Shown here: positions 28,139-39,441 of the stretch, one piece after another
How positions within the stretch are numbered: position 1 is the first letter of the stretch
Layout of the letters: every line of letters starts with the position of its first letter
Assembly: GCA_963768655.1 (NCBI GenBank)
Contig: CAVYIM010000007.1
Coordinates: 192,001 to 256,000 of the forward strand
DNA from: an uncultured Chloroflexia bacterium
GTDB taxonomy: Bacteria > Chloroflexota > Limnocylindria > Limnocylindrales > CSP1-4
Length of the DNA: 64,000 nt
Reading direction: 5' to 3'
Notes under the pieces: generated by a model
Database searches by the model: none
The model's input: the letters and a program-made list of their open reading frames with translations, nothing else
Told to the model about the DNA's origin: nothing
Position numbers and translations under genes: made by a program

Positions 28139-29286
28139 GCGCGTCGACCGAACGGCCGGCCGAACAGGCAGCCAGCCAGCCGCTCCCAACCTACGTCTGG
28201 GAGCCCACGACGGACTTCCTCGCGGCCAAGTACGGGCTGCCGCGCGAGTCGATCGTGCAATTCGACGTGAATACCTCGCCGGTTCCGCCCGACCTTCGCG
28301 ATGTCCTGGCCGGCCCATTCGACCCGCCGCTGTCGGAGTACCCGCCGAGTGACTATGCCGGACTCGTGGCCGCAGCCGCCGAGTCCTACGGCGTCGCTCC
28401 GGACGAGATCCTGCCCACGGCCGGCGCCGACGAGGCCCTGGACCTCACGGCTCGGGCGTTTCTGCGCGAGGGCTCGGTCGCGGTAGGCGCGGTGCCCACG
28501 TATGCGATGTACCAGATCGTGACCGAGCAACGCGGCGCGCGGTTCCGATCCGTCTCGCGGCTGCCCGCGGATGCCGGGTTCGAGCTGGACATGCCGGCGC
28601 TCGCCGAGGCAGCACGCGGCGCGGACCTGGTATGGCTGTGCGAGCCCAACAACCCCACCGGCACAGCGGAGCCGCCGGAGCGTATTGCCGAACTGCTCGA
28701 CCTGCTGGCGACGGACGCGACCCGAGAAGGACGGCCCGCCCCGGCGGTGGCCGTAGACGAGGCCTACGCCGAGTTCGTCGGCCGCTCGGTGCTGCCGCTC
28801 CGGGCCCGGTATCAAGGTCTGGTCGTCGTCCGGACGCTGAGCAAGGCGCACGCTCTGGCCGGGGCCCGCGTGGGCTTCGCTGTGGCGCGGCCCGAAACAC
28901 TGGCACCGATCCTGTCGTATCGCGCTCCGGCCTCGGTCGCGACGGTTTCGGCGGCCCTCGCGACTGCCGCCCTGCGCCGCCCCGACCTGGCCGTGGCGAA
29001 CGTCGCCCGGATCGCGGGGCAGCGTGCCCGCCTCATCGGGGAGCTGACCCGCCTCGGCTGGCGTCCGTATCCCTCGCAGGCCAGCTTCATCCTGGTCCGC
29101 TTCGGCTCTGTGGAGATCGCGGCGCAAGCCGCCGAGTCGCTGCTGCGCCGGGGCCTCGTCCCGCGGACCTTCGGCCCCGATCATCCGCTGGCCGACTGTC
29201 TCCGCCTGACCGTTCGGTCGGTCCAGGAGAACGACCGTCTGATCCGCGCCGCGAAGGAGATATCACCGAGGGAGATACCGGCATGA
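28135..29286 (+). CDS. hisC: Histidinol-phosphate aminotransferase
   Basis: PNNPTG, VDEAYAEF, RTLSKAHALAGARVG. Confidence 0.94.
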   Translation: MSASTERPAEQAASQPLPTYVWEPTTDFLAAKYGLPRESIVQFDVNTSPVPPDLRDVLAGPFDPPLSEYPPSDYAGLVAAAAESYGVAPDEILPTAGADEALDLTARAFLREGSVAVGAVPTYAMYQIVTEQRGARFRSVSRLPADAGFELDMPALAEAARGADLVWLCEPNNPTGTAEPPERIAELLDLLATDATREGRPAPAVAVDEAYAEFVGRSVLPLRARYQGLVVVRTLSKAHALAGARVGFAVARPETLAPILSYRAPASVATVSAALATAALRRPDLAVANVARIAGQRARLIGELTRLGWRPYPSQASFILVRFGSVEIAAQAAESLLRRGLVPRTFGPDHPLADCLRLTVRSVQENDRLIRAAKEISPREIPA

Positions 29287-29903
29287 GCAACCAGATCGGC
29301 ACCGTGGTCGAATCGGGCGATCGGTGGGCCACGGTGGCCCGCGCCACGCGCGAGACTCAGATCACCGTCACCCTGCGACTCGACGGAACCGGCGAGAGCA
29401 AGATCTCGACCGGCGTCGGTTTCTACGACCATCTGCTGCACTCGCTCGCCCACCATGCGCTCTTCGACCTCGACGTCGACGCCACCGGCGATCTGGCGAT
29501 AGACGAGCACCACACGGTCGAGGACGTGGCGCTGGTCCTGGGCGCCGCGCTCGCGCAAGCCCTGGGCGACCGCTCCGGCATCGTCCGCTTCGGCGATGCG
29601 GCCGTGCCCATGGACGAGGCGGTGGCCACGGCCGTGGTCGACGTCGGCGGACGCCCCTACGCCGTCGTCGACCTGCCGTTCAGGGGCAAGCGTGTCGGCA
29701 AGCTGCCGCTGCAGCTGATCGAGCACGTCCTTGCGTCGTTCGCCCGCGCGGGTGGGGTCACGCTCCACGTTACGGGCAGAGGTCGCAACGATCATCACCT
29801 GGCAGAGGCGGCGTTCAAGGCGCTGGGCCGATCGCTGCGCGCCGCGTGCGCCGTCGATCCACGCCGCGCCGGCGTCGCCTCAACGAAGGGGTCTCTGGGC
29901 TGA
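29283..29903 (+). CDS. hisB: Imidazoleglycerol-phosphate dehydratase
   Basis: RATRET, DEHHTVED, PMDEA, NDHHLAEAAFKA. Confidence 0.96.
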   Translation: MSNQIGTVVESGDRWATVARATRETQITVTLRLDGTGESKISTGVGFYDHLLHSLAHHALFDLDVDATGDLAIDEHHTVEDVALVLGAALAQALGDRSGIVRFGDAAVPMDEAVATAVVDVGGRPYAVVDLPFRGKRVGKLPLQLIEHVLASFARAGGVTLHVTGRGRNDHHLAEAAFKALGRSLRAACAVDPRRAGVASTKGSLG

Positions 29904-30598
29904 TGGCCACCGGCCAACCGACCGTGGCGGTCCTCGACTACGGTGCCGCGAACATGGTCAGCATCGGCCAGGCGCTCGTGACTGCGGGCGCTCGGGTGGT
30001 CGTGGCCGTCGACGCGGCCGGGCTTGACGGAGTCGACGCGATCGTTGTCCCGGGCGTTGGAGCGGCCGCCCCGGCCATGGCTCATCTGCGCGAGGCGGGG
30101 CTGCTGGAGCCGTTGCGCGATTGGGTTCGGGCGGGCCGTCCGTGCCTGGGTATCTGCCTGGGCTATCAGCTCTTCTTCGAGCGAAGTTCCGAAGGCGGCG
30201 CCGAGACGCTGGGTCTTCTGGCCGGACGGACGATTGGCCTCGAAGGTGCGCCAACGTTGCCCCATATCGGCTGGAACACCGTCGACCTGACCCGGCAGCA
30301 CCCTCTCTTCGACGGCATCGCGGATGGGTCGCACTTCTATTTCGTGCATTCGTTCGCGCCGGTGCCGGAGGACGAGAGCGTCGTCGTCGCCCGCACGACG
30401 CACGGTGGCACCTTCGTGAGCGCTGTCGCAGCAGGCTCGCTGTACGGGCTTCAGTTCCATCCTGAGAAGTCCGCCGAGACCGGCCAGCGGCTGCTCGCCA
30501 ACTTCCTGCGGCTGGTCTCCACGAGCGATGGCGAGGCGGGCGCGGGTCGCGCCACGACCGCGGCTTCCGCCGGCTCGGCCGCGTCGGGAGTGGCGTGA
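29903..30598 (+). CDS. hisH: IGP synthase glutaminase subunit
   Basis: LDYGAAN, PGVG, GICLGYQ, PHIGWN, QFHPEKS. Confidence 0.96.
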   Translation: MATGQPTVAVLDYGAANMVSIGQALVTAGARVVVAVDAAGLDGVDAIVVPGVGAAAPAMAHLREAGLLEPLRDWVRAGRPCLGICLGYQLFFERSSEGGAETLGLLAGRTIGLEGAPTLPHIGWNTVDLTRQHPLFDGIADGSHFYFVHSFAPVPEDESVVVARTTHGGTFVSAVAAGSLYGLQFHPEKSAETGQRLLANFLRLVSTSDGEAGAGRATTAASAGSAASGVA

Positions 30599-31401
30599 TG
30601 CTTGCCCGCCGAGTCATCCCCTGCCTTGACGTGGCCAACGGCCGCGTTGTGAAGGGCACCAGGTTCGTGGATCTCACCGACGAGGGCGACCCGGCCGAGC
30701 TGGCGGAGCGCTACGCCCGGGAAGGTGCGGACGAGATCGTCTTCCTCGACATCGCCGCCGCTCCTGAGGGCCGTGGCACCATGCTGGAGGTCGTTCGGCG
30801 AACGGCCAGCCGGGCATTCGTGCCAGTCACGGTAGGCGGCGGTGTCCGCAGCGTGGGCGAGATGCGCGACGTACTACGCGCCGGCGCGGACAAGGTTTCG
30901 TTCAACACGGCTGCGGTGGCCCAGCCGGATCTGCTCACGGCCTGTGCGCGGCGCTTTGGCAGCCAGGCGGTGGTCTGCGCGATCGACGCCCGGCGCCTGC
31001 CGGAATCCTCGGGAGCGCGGCTCGAGACGGCGGTTGGCTGGGAGGTCGTCACGCACGGAGGTCGAACGCCTGCCGGCCTGGATGCCGTCGAGTGGGCACG
31101 GCGGGCGGTCGAGCTTGGCGCCGGCGAACTGCTCGTCACCTCGATGGACCGCGACGGCACGCGGAGCGGCTTCGACACGGAACTGTTGAGGGCCATCTCT
31201 TCTCGAGTGCGCGTGCCGGTGATCGCATCAGGTGGCGCATCCGGCCCGGAGGATTTCGTGGCCGCCGTCCGGGACGGGGGCGCCGACGCCGTGCTCGCGG
31301 CCTCGGTCTTTCACAGACGGATCTACTCGATCGACTCGGTCAAGAAGGCCATGGCCGCGGCCGGGTTGCCGGTCCGGCCCGTTCGGGAGGCCGCCGCATG
31401 A
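30598..31401 (+). CDS. hisF: IGP synthase cyclase subunit
   Basis: [35 protein letters not shown]. Confidence 0.97.
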   Translation: MLARRVIPCLDVANGRVVKGTRFVDLTDEGDPAELAERYAREGADEIVFLDIAAAPEGRGTMLEVVRRTASRAFVPVTVGGGVRSVGEMRDVLRAGADKVSFNTAAVAQPDLLTACARRFGSQAVVCAIDARRLPESSGARLETAVGWEVVTHGGRTPAGLDAVEWARRAVELGAGELLVTSMDRDGTRSGFDTELLRAISSRVRVPVIASGGASGPEDFVAAVRDGGADAVLAASVFHRRIYSIDSVKKAMAAAGLPVRPVREAAA

Positions 31402-32087
31402 CAGCCAGACGGGCGCTCGAAGAACTGATTTCGTGGGGGCCGAGCGGCCTCGTGCCGGCGGTGGTTCAGGACGTCGCCGACGGCCGCGTCCTGATGGTCG
31501 CCTATATGGACGCCGAAGCGCTCGCCGCGACGATGACCAGCGACGAGGTGCACTTCCACTCGCGCTCCCGCGACCGCCTCTGGCGCAAGGGCGAAACCAG
31601 CGGCAACGTGCTGCGCCTGGTCGACGTCGACCTCGATTGCGACGGCGACGCGCTGCTGATCCAGGTGCAGCCCGTCGGGCCGACCTGCCACCGCGGCACG
31701 CGTAGCTGCTTCGACCCGGCCGACGGCGAGGCCGGCAGGCGTCCTCTCGGCCCCAACGCGCCCGGCATCCAGGGCTTCGCCTGGCTCGAAACGCTCTGGT
31801 CCACGATCGACGCCCGCGCCGCCGCCGACCCGGCCGCGTCCTATACGGCCCGCCTGCTGGCCGCTGGCGTCGACGGTCCGGCGCGCAAGATCGCCGAAGA
31901 GGCCACCGAAGTGCTGATGGCGGCCAAGGACGACGCCTCGGCCCCTGCCGACCGCCGGGACGCGACGCGTGCGGCGCTTGCCGGCGAGGTGGCGGATCTC
32001 CTCTATCACACCCTGGTGCTGCTGAGAGAACGAGGGCTGGAGCCGGCGGCGGTCGTCGGCCGCCTCCGTGAACGCCACAAGCCGTAG
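31398..32087 (+). CDS. hisIE: Bifunctional HisIE
   Basis: [39 protein letters not shown]. Confidence 0.95.
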   Translation: MTARRALEELISWGPSGLVPAVVQDVADGRVLMVAYMDAEALAATMTSDEVHFHSRSRDRLWRKGETSGNVLRLVDVDLDCDGDALLIQVQPVGPTCHRGTRSCFDPADGEAGRRPLGPNAPGIQGFAWLETLWSTIDARAAADPAASYTARLLAAGVDGPARKIAEEATEVLMAAKDDASAPADRRDATRAALAGEVADLLYHTLVLLRERGLEPAAVVGRLRERHKP

Positions 32088-32109
32088 GCGCGCCGTCCAC
32101 GACCGATCT

Positions 32110-33432
32110 TCAGCTCTTCAGTCGGCCGATCCGAAGGGCCTTCTTGCCCATCCGCACCACGAGGTAGCGGCCATCGATCGGTGAGGGCACGGCGTCCTCC
32201 GGCGCGCCGACGCGCTGGTCGTTGATCGACAGCCCGCCCTGCGAGATCGCCCGGCGAGCCTCCCCGTTGGAGGTGAACAGACCGCTCACGACCGCCAGCG
32301 CCAACGCCCCGCCGGCGAGGTCCCCGGGGGTGTACTCAAAGTGGTCGATGGCCTCGAACAGGCCGGCCAGCAGCTCCGGGTCGCGGATCGGCTCCTTCGA
32401 GAAGGCGGCTTCGCTGATGCGGACCGCCTTCCTGGCGTCCTCGTCGCCGTGGACGCGCGCCGTCAGGTCGTAGCCCATCGCCTTCTGGGCTACGCGCGTC
32501 TCGGGGTGCGCGGCTTGCTGGGCCTCGAGATCCTCGACCTTGGCCCGATCGAAGAGGGTGAACCAGCGCAGGTACAGGCCGATGTCCCGGTCGTCCGCAT
32601 CGAGCCAGTACTGGTAGAACTGGTAGGGGCTGGTCTTGCCGGGATCGAGCCAGACGCTCGTCCCTGCGGCGGTCTTGCCGAACTTGGCGCCGCTCTCGTT
32701 GGTCAGAAGCGGGTACGAGAGCCCGTACGCCAGGTCCTGCGCCTCCCCGGTGCCGAACTCCTTGCGGATCAGCTCCAGGCCCGCGGTGATGTTGCCCCAC
32801 TGGTCGGCGCCGCCCATCTGCATCTCCACGCCGCCGGTGCGGTAGAGGTGCAGGAAGTCTGCCGCCTGGAGGAGCATGTAGCTGAACTCCGTGAAGCTCA
32901 GGCCCTGGTCGAGGCGGATCTGGACGGAATCCTTGGCCAGCATGTAGGGCACGGTCAGCTGCTTGCCGATGTCCCGCAGAAACCGCAGCAGCGAGTACGA
33001 GCTCAGCCATTCGTAGTTATCGACCAGCTCGGCGCCGTTGGGACCGTCGAAGTCAAGGAGCCGGGAGAGCTGGCCCTGGATCCCGACGATGTTCTCTTCG
33101 ACCGTCGCCCGACTCAACAACAGCCGCTCGGACGATCTCCCCGACGGATCGCCGATCATCGCCGTCCCGCCGCCCACGACGATCACAGGCGTGCCGCCGG
33201 CGCGCTGCAGGTGGAGCATCCCGAAGATCGGCACCAGGCTGCCGATGTGGAGCGAAGTCCCGGTGGGATCGAAGCCGTTGTAGCCCTTGATGGGAACGCC
33301 GGTCGCGAGCCGTTCGGCCAGGCCGCTGCTGTGCTGGTGCAGCATTCCCCGCCAGCGCAGCTCGTCGAGCAGACCGGCCAGGCCGGTAGCGCTCCCAGAC
33401 CCTCGTCCGCCACTCCTGTCAGCTGCCGTCAT
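32110..33432 (-). CDS. tyrS: Tyrosine-tRNA ligase
   Basis: GFDPT..SLHIGS, GDPSGR, GGADQWGNI, KFGKT, S4 domain. Confidence 0.97.
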   Translation of the reverse strand: MTAADRSGGRGSGSATGLAGLLDELRWRGMLHQHSSGLAERLATGVPIKGYNGFDPTGTSLHIGSLVPIFGMLHLQRAGGTPVIVVGGGTAMIGDPSGRSSERLLLSRATVEENIVGIQGQLSRLLDFDGPNGAELVDNYEWLSSYSLLRFLRDIGKQLTVPYMLAKDSVQIRLDQGLSFTEFSYMLLQAADFLHLYRTGGVEMQMGGADQWGNITAGLELIRKEFGTGEAQDLAYGLSYPLLTNESGAKFGKTAAGTSVWLDPGKTSPYQFYQYWLDADDRDIGLYLRWFTLFDRAKVEDLEAQQAAHPETRVAQKAMGYDLTARVHGDEDARKAVRISEAAFSKEPIRDPELLAGLFEAIDHFEYTPGDLAGGALALAVVSGLFTSNGEARRAISQGGLSINDQRVGAPEDAVPSPIDGRYLVVRMGKKALRIGRLKS

Positions 33433-33544
33433 CGCCAGACCCGCTCCTAACTTGCGTCACAGGCTTCGCCGTCGGCCCGTCCGAAGGCCCGGCGGTCGGG
33501 GGTGCGATGACCGCCTTCGCACGTATGCTATCTTGCGAGCCGCC

Positions 33545-36505
33545 ATGCAGACCAGCCTCGCCCGACGCCAACGCCGTCGCCGCAACGGCCGGGGAGCTTC
33601 CCGCGGGGGGGCCGTCAGCCGTTTCGCCCTGATTCTCCCGATGATCCTTCTCGGGGTCATGGTCTTGATCGGGGCGGTCGGCTTCGTCGGGGCAGTGGAT
33701 ATCTATGCCACCTACAGCCGCGATCTGCAGGATCCCAGGCAGCTCCTGCAAAGCATCAACTTCAGCCAGCCGACGGTCCTCTACGACAAGACGGGACAGT
33801 ATTCACTCGCCTCGTACGGGACCGAGAATCGCCGCGTCCTCACGTTCGACGAGATTCCAGACGTCGTTCTCGACGCGACCACCAGCGCCGAAGACAAGAC
33901 CTTCTGGACGAACGAAGGCTTCGACCCGGCCGCCGTCCTGTCGGCATTCCGCGACGCCCTCTCTGGTGCCCCCAGAGGAGCCTCGACGATCACCCAGCAA
34001 CTCGTCAGAGCGGAACTCCTCCCGCCGACCACGAGCCTCGTGGACCGCAAGATCAAGGAGATCATCCAGTCGGTGAAGCTCACCCAGGAATTCCCGGGCG
34101 TGCAGGGCAAGGAAACGATCATCACCGACTATCTCAACCTGAACTTCTACGGAAATGAAAGTTACGGCATCGCCGCGGCCGCCGAGGGGTATTTCGGCAT
34201 CACCGATCTCAGCCAGCTGACGATCGCCCAGAGCGTGATCCTCGCCGCCTTGCTACAAGCCCCGACCGCCTACGACCTGATTCAGAACGCGGTGCAGCAG
34301 CCGGACGGCACCTGGGTTGTCCCGGCGGATTCCGAGATCGTCCAGCGCCGCAACCTGATCCTCGAGGACATGCGCCAGAACCAGCTGGATGGCCTGTTGC
34401 GCGGGACCTACAAGGACGCGGATATTCTCGCGGCCGAGTCTGAGCCGGTGGTCGTTCATCCTCAGCCGCAGAGCCGGTTGATAGCCCCGCAATTCGACGA
34501 GCAGGTTCGCGAACAGCTCGCGGCCCTGCTATGCGGCCCCGGAGTCGACCCGTCTGACTGCGAGAAGGTGGACACCGGCGGTTACAAAGTGGTTACGACG
34601 CTCGACACAACGATGCAGGATTCGGCCGAGAAGTGGCTCGAGGCCTACATCCTGGCCCCGAATCAGGGCTCCAAGCAGGCCGCGATAACCTACCTCGCGG
34701 GGATTGGTATCACGGCCCAGTCTGACCCGTACGACTACTACCGAATAGTCGGGCCGCAGCCGTCGACCGGCCTGGCCACCGGTTTGCTCAATGCCAACAT
34801 GCACAACGGGGCGCTGATGGCGGTCGACTACCGGACCGGCGAGGTGCTCGCCTACGCGGGCAGCGCCGGGTTTTATGAGACGCCGGTGCCGGACCCGACC
34901 AAGCCGGGGCAGAACCTGTTCGATCCGCAGTTCGACGTCCTGAGCAATGGCTACCGCCAGCCGGGCTCCTCGTTCAAGCCCATCAACTACATCGTCGGTC
35001 TTCAGGACAAGACAATGACGGCGGCGTCGCTGTTCATGGACGTAGCCACCAACTTCGGCGGCGGCTATACGCCCCATGACGCCGACAACTATGAGCGCGG
35101 TCCGGTCCGCATGCGCGAGGCCCTCCAATACTCGCTCAACATCCCGGCGGTCAAGGCCGCCTCGATCAACGGGGTGGACCACTTGATGCAGCGCGCCGAG
35201 GACTTCGGGCTGTCCTTCCCCGCGAACTCGAACCCAGGCGTGTCGATCGGCATTGGCACGCTCGAGGTACGGCCGGCCGACCTGGTGTCCGCGTACGGCG
35301 CCATCGCCGACGCAGGAACCCTGGTGCAGCGCTCGATGATCCTGTCTGTCACGGATTCGCAGGGCAACGTCATCTGGTCACTGAAGAACGACCCGCCGCC
35401 CACTACGCATCCGACGACGCCGCAGGCCGCCTACATCATGACCGACATGCTGAAGGGCAACACCGATCCAAGCCAGAACAACTGGTGGAGCCAGTACAAG
35501 CTGTACGACAACGGCCGGCGCGTCGCCGCCCTCAAGACCGGAACCTCCGACCAGACCCAGGATCTGTTCGCGGTCGGCTACGTGGCGCCGCCCACCGATC
35601 CGAACGCACCGGCAATTGTCGCGGGGGTGTGGGCGGGGAACAGCGACGATGCGCCCGGCAGGAGCGTGATGTCCCTGGAGCTGGCTGCGCCGATCTGGCA
35701 TGGGTTCATGCAGGACGTCACCACGGGTACACCCAAGACGGACTTCCAGCAGCCCGGAGGCCTGACCTGGGCCAACGTCGACGCGTACAGCGGAATGCTG
35801 CCGGGCCCCTACTCCGCCAAGACCGTGCGAGAGGTCTTCATCAACGGCACGGTGCCGACCCAGGTCGACGACACCAAGGTCCCGATGGACATCGACACGG
35901 TCACGAACACGCTGTGGACGTACGACTGCCCGGGTGTCGAGGACACGAGGGGGTTCCTGAACTTGAGCCAGGTCGACGCCGGCAACGCCAACTTCCAGTA
36001 CTACGACCAGATCTGGATACAGCGAGCCATGACCGGCGTCGGTAAGAGGGGCGGCCCCAACAACGGCGAGACCATGTACTTCTACCAGACCGGCTTCTGG
36101 ACCCCGTATGGGAACACATGGGGCGCGCCGTTCCCGCCCACGACGTACTGCACCTCCAACACCGGGACACCGCCGCCGACGCCGAGCTTCAGTCCAACGA
36201 CGCCGCCCACGCCGACCGCGCCGCCGACACCCACGCCGACGCCCGCGCCGACCATGGGGCCTACGCCTACGCCGCCGCCTACACCGACACCGGCGCCGAC
36301 CGCGGCTCCAACTCCCACGCCGACGCCCACTGGGACTCCGACGCCGGCACCCGCGCCGCCATCGCCGGCCACGTCCGCCCTGATGTTCCCGTGGTTCGCG
36401 CTCGTTTCGCTCTTCGGCCGAAAGGGTCGGACGCTCCGGGGCCGCCTCTCACGAGCGTCGAAGCAGAGTCCTCGCGAGATCGGTCGCGATCGCCAGCTCA
36501 GGTAG
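33545..36505 (+). CDS. Class A penicillin-binding protein (GT51 + transpeptidase)
   Basis: AEDKTF, GASTITQQLV, RKIKE, QPGSSFKP (SxxK), SLN, KTGT. Confidence 0.93.
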   Translation: MQTSLARRQRRRRNGRGASRGGAVSRFALILPMILLGVMVLIGAVGFVGAVDIYATYSRDLQDPRQLLQSINFSQPTVLYDKTGQYSLASYGTENRRVLTFDEIPDVVLDATTSAEDKTFWTNEGFDPAAVLSAFRDALSGAPRGASTITQQLVRAELLPPTTSLVDRKIKEIIQSVKLTQEFPGVQGKETIITDYLNLNFYGNESYGIAAAAEGYFGITDLSQLTIAQSVILAALLQAPTAYDLIQNAVQQPDGTWVVPADSEIVQRRNLILEDMRQNQLDGLLRGTYKDADILAAESEPVVVHPQPQSRLIAPQFDEQVREQLAALLCGPGVDPSDCEKVDTGGYKVVTTLDTTMQDSAEKWLEAYILAPNQGSKQAAITYLAGIGITAQSDPYDYYRIVGPQPSTGLATGLLNANMHNGALMAVDYRTGEVLAYAGSAGFYETPVPDPTKPGQNLFDPQFDVLSNGYRQPGSSFKPINYIVGLQDKTMTAASLFMDVATNFGGGYTPHDADNYERGPVRMREALQYSLNIPAVKAASINGVDHLMQRAEDFGLSFPANSNPGVSIGIGTLEVRPADLVSAYGAIADAGTLVQRSMILSVTDSQGNVIWSLKNDPPPTTHPTTPQAAYIMTDMLKGNTDPSQNNWWSQYKLYDNGRRVAALKTGTSDQTQDLFAVGYVAPPTDPNAPAIVAGVWAGNSDDAPGRSVMSLELAAPIWHGFMQDVTTGTPKTDFQQPGGLTWANVDAYSGMLPGPYSAKTVREVFINGTVPTQVDDTKVPMDIDTVTNTLWTYDCPGVEDTRGFLNLSQVDAGNANFQYYDQIWIQRAMTGVGKRGGPNNGETMYFYQTGFWTPYGNTWGAPFPPTTYCTSNTGTPPPTPSFSPTTPPTPTAPPTPTPTPAPTMGPTPTPPPTPTPAPTAAPTPTPTPTGTPTPAPAPPSPATSALMFPWFALVSLFGRKGRTLRGRLSRASKQSPREIGRDRQLR
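36165..36370 (+). repeat. Pro/Thr-rich low-complexity linker in PBP
   Basis: Repeated ACGCCG/ACACCG units encoding PTPTP. Confidence 0.8.
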
Positions 36506-38083
36506 ACGCAGGATGCGGCTCCAAACGAGGTAGACTCCCGCGCCGGCGAGGCAGGCCGCCCCAAGCTCGAGGACGAGGGCCGGGAACCACGTCGAGCCGT
36601 GGGTCAGGCTGCTGACAAACCGGTCCGTCGCGAGTGCCCCTGCGGCCGTGAGCGACGCTCCCGGAATGGCGAAGGCCACAGTCAGACCGAGCGGTCGAAG
36701 ATCGAAGCCCGGGCGGCGCCGCATGAAGTAGAACAGCATCGAGACTTCTGCCCACGCCCCGATGCCGATGGCCAGCGCCAGGCCTCCGAGCCCGAAATAC
36801 GGGAAGAGCACTGCCGCTGCAACGACATCGATCGCGACGGCCAGCAGCGCCGCCGTTACCGGAGTGCGTGTGTCCTTGCCCGCGTAGAAGATCGGGGCGA
36901 GGAGCGAGATGAGCACGTGGGCGACCAGCCCGAGCAGGAAGACGACGAAGACCGGCACCGCTATCGACGTCTCCTCCGGCGTGAAGATGCCGTGCTGGAA
37001 CAAGAGGGTCAGTGTCGGCGTCGCGAGCACGATCATCAGCCCGGTGAGCGGAACGACCACGTACAGCGTCAGTCGCAGAGCCTGATCCACCAGCCGGCCG
37101 AAGCGCTCCCTGTCGCCCTTCGCAATAGCCTGAGACAGTGGAGGCAGCAGCACGATCCCAAGCGGCACACCTATCAGGCCGACGGGGATCTGAAGGGCCG
37201 TGAAGGCATATGTGTAGATGTCGATGCCGTTGATCTGCTGGCCCCCGAGGTTGGTGAGCTGGAACGCGAAGAAGGTGTTCACCAGGAAGACGATCTGTGT
37301 CACGCCGAGCCCGAGCGCCCGCGGCGCCATGAGTTTGAGCGTCTCTTTGACCGCGGGATCGTGCACATCCAGCACGAGGCCGTACAGGCCCTGCTTGCGA
37401 ACGGCGTAGGTCTGGATTCCCATGTGCCCGGCTGCCCCCAGCACCACGCCCGCCGCAAGTCCCTGGATGCCCATGAAGGGCGTCAACGCGACCGTGGCCC
37501 CGATGATCACGAGGTTGTATACGTTGGGCGCCAGTGCTGGGGCACCGAAGATGCCGGACGCGTTGAGGCCGGCGGTGAAGGCCGCCGCCAGCGCAAGGAA
37601 GATCGGCGAGATCAGCATCCAGCGCGTCAGGTCGATCTCGAGGGCGATTTCCGCCGGGTCGTTGCTGGGACCGATGATCGGCACGATCAGCGGCGCTGCC
37701 AGCCACACCAGCACCGCCAGCGGCACCAGGGCCATGACCATCAGATTGGCGATCGTGGCCACCAGACGGCGAGCGCGGCGATCCTCGCCATTGGCCAGGA
37801 GTGCGGAGGCTACGGGTACCAGCGCGGAGCCGACTGCGCCGGCGGCGACGAGCTGGAACAGGGTATCTGGGATGCGGAAAGCCACGTAGAACGCCGCGAT
37901 CTGCGGTCCGGCGCCGTACTGGGCGGCGAACACGGCAACCCTGACCCAGCCCAGCAGACGAGAGACGAAGACCCCGGCCACGACGACCATTCCGGCCAAA
38001 GCGATGGCGCGACCGCCGAGCCGGGCAGCGGACGCTTCGGAAAGGCCGGGAGTGGCCGGATTCGTCGGGTCGCCGGCGAGCAC
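36449..38083 (-). CDS. murJ: Lipid II flippase MurJ
   Basis: SRLLGWVR, AFRIPD, FYAGKDTRTP, many TM helices; start approximate. Confidence 0.92.
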   Translation of the reverse strand: MLAGDPTNPATPGLSEASAARLGGRAIALAGMVVVAGVFVSRLLGWVRVAVFAAQYGAGPQIAAFYVAFRIPDTLFQLVAAGAVGSALVPVASALLANGEDRRARRLVATIANLMVMALVPLAVLVWLAAPLIVPIIGPSNDPAEIALEIDLTRWMLISPIFLALAAAFTAGLNASGIFGAPALAPNVYNLVIIGATVALTPFMGIQGLAAGVVLGAAGHMGIQTYAVRKQGLYGLVLDVHDPAVKETLKLMAPRALGLGVTQIVFLVNTFFAFQLTNLGGQQINGIDIYTYAFTALQIPVGLIGVPLGIVLLPPLSQAIAKGDRERFGRLVDQALRLTLYVVVPLTGLMIVLATPTLTLLFQHGIFTPEETSIAVPVFVVFLLGLVAHVLISLLAPIFYAGKDTRTPVTAALLAVAIDVVAAAVLFPYFGLGGLALAIGIGAWAEVSMLFYFMRRRPGFDLRPLGLTVAFAIPGASLTAAGALATDRFVSSLTHGSTWFPALVLELGAACLAGAGVYLVWSRILRLPELAIATDLARTLLRRS

Positions 38084-38205
38084 GGCGTCACCCGCGGCGA
38101 CCTCGCGGGCGGGCTGAAGCGCTCGGCGCGGCTGCCATTCGTCGTGGCGTGGCGAGCTCAGTCGCTGGCTACCCGGAACGTGGCGGGAGGGCCGGCGATG
38201 GCCGC

Positions 38206-39279
38206 TCACCGGAAACGCCCGGCGAGCCGCCAGAACACGCCCGAGAGCGCGCCTGGGGCGTACTCGTGGGCCCGAATGCGGACCTCGCCGACCGCGCCGA
38301 GGCGGCGCTTGAACTCGTACAGGTTCCAGAGCGGATGCGAGCTGTCCGCAGGCAGGCCGGGGAACTCGTGCGTGTCCACGCCGCCGAGATCGTAGCCTTC
38401 GAACCCGGCCGTGACGGCCCATCGCATGATCGACCAGTGCAGCAGGTGGTTGGCCCGGTTCTTTCGGAGATCGGCGTCGTCGTGAGATCCTGCCGCGAAC
38501 AGGACCACGTATCGGCCACTGTGGAGGAGCAGAAGGCCGCTTCGCCGGCGGCCCTCGGCGCTGGCGAACCACAAGCTCGCCAGGCCCATCTGGCCGAGAC
38601 TCCGCCACTGGTTCAGCTCGTACTCTCGGTCGCGCACAACGAAGCCTTCGCGCCGGCCGGTGGCGGCGTGCATCTCGAAGAACTCGGCCAGTGCCGCCTC
38701 GCGGACCGCCGGCGACGTCAGGTCGATCCGTTCAGTTGTCACGCCCGCGCGCCGGGCCTTGTTGATGTTGGTGGCCGTCGAGTCGTCCAGGAGCGCGTGC
38801 TGCTCCTCCTCGTCGGCGCGCAGCGGAACCACCATCGCCGTGCGCGACACCTGGACTTCCCGGGCCGCCGGCCGAAACCCCGACCCGGGCAGCGTCGCCG
38901 CGAAATCGCTGTCCTCGCGCCAGGTGGGGTCGATCGTGAGCGTCAGGCTGTGATGCGCCCGGGCAATGCCCCTCAGGGCCGCCAGAGCCGCCGTGGCGGC
39001 CTCGGGCGTCGCTTCCAGTAGGATTGGGCCTCGTGGGGCGTAGTGGATGTGCGGGCGCACCGGCCCCGGCGCGCGGCGCAGCAGAGGCCGCTCCTGGATG
39101 AAGACGGCGGCGACGCGCCGGCCGTCCAGCTCGACGGCGTAGCGGAGCGGCGTCCAGCCCAGGCCGCGCTTGATCTCGCCCCATTCGTACGACTGGAACG
39201 CGTCGCCGAGCGGACTGCGGGCCGCCAGTGCGTCCCAATCCGCCGCCGCCCAGCCACTCGCGTCGATGACGCGGGGCAT
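38206..39279 (-). CDS. FemAB/FemX family peptidoglycan bridge aminoacyltransferase
   Basis: FQSYEWGEIK, YAPRGP, NINKARRAGV, NHLLHW, YDLGG, LYEFKRRLG. Confidence 0.88.
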   Translation of the reverse strand: MPRVIDASGWAAADWDALAARSPLGDAFQSYEWGEIKRGLGWTPLRYAVELDGRRVAAVFIQERPLLRRAPGPVRPHIHYAPRGPILLEATPEAATAALAALRGIARAHHSLTLTIDPTWREDSDFAATLPGSGFRPAAREVQVSRTAMVVPLRADEEEQHALLDDSTATNINKARRAGVTTERIDLTSPAVREAALAEFFEMHAATGRREGFVVRDREYELNQWRSLGQMGLASLWFASAEGRRRSGLLLLHSGRYVVLFAAGSHDDADLRKNRANHLLHWSIMRWAVTAGFEGYDLGGVDTHEFPGLPADSSHPLWNLYEFKRRLGAVGEVRIRAHEYAPGALSGVFWRLAGRFR

Positions 39280-39441
39280 GGCGGAAACGGCCGCTTGCCT
39301 TGTCTGCACCAACTCCTCCACAGGGCCGCGACGCGTGACGGTCCGGGCCGCAGGTGACCAATTCTCGCATCCTGCGGCACAGAGCGCGGGCTGAGTCTGG
39401 ATAACGGGTGAGCCCCGCGTGCCGGCCAGTCCGATCGGAGC

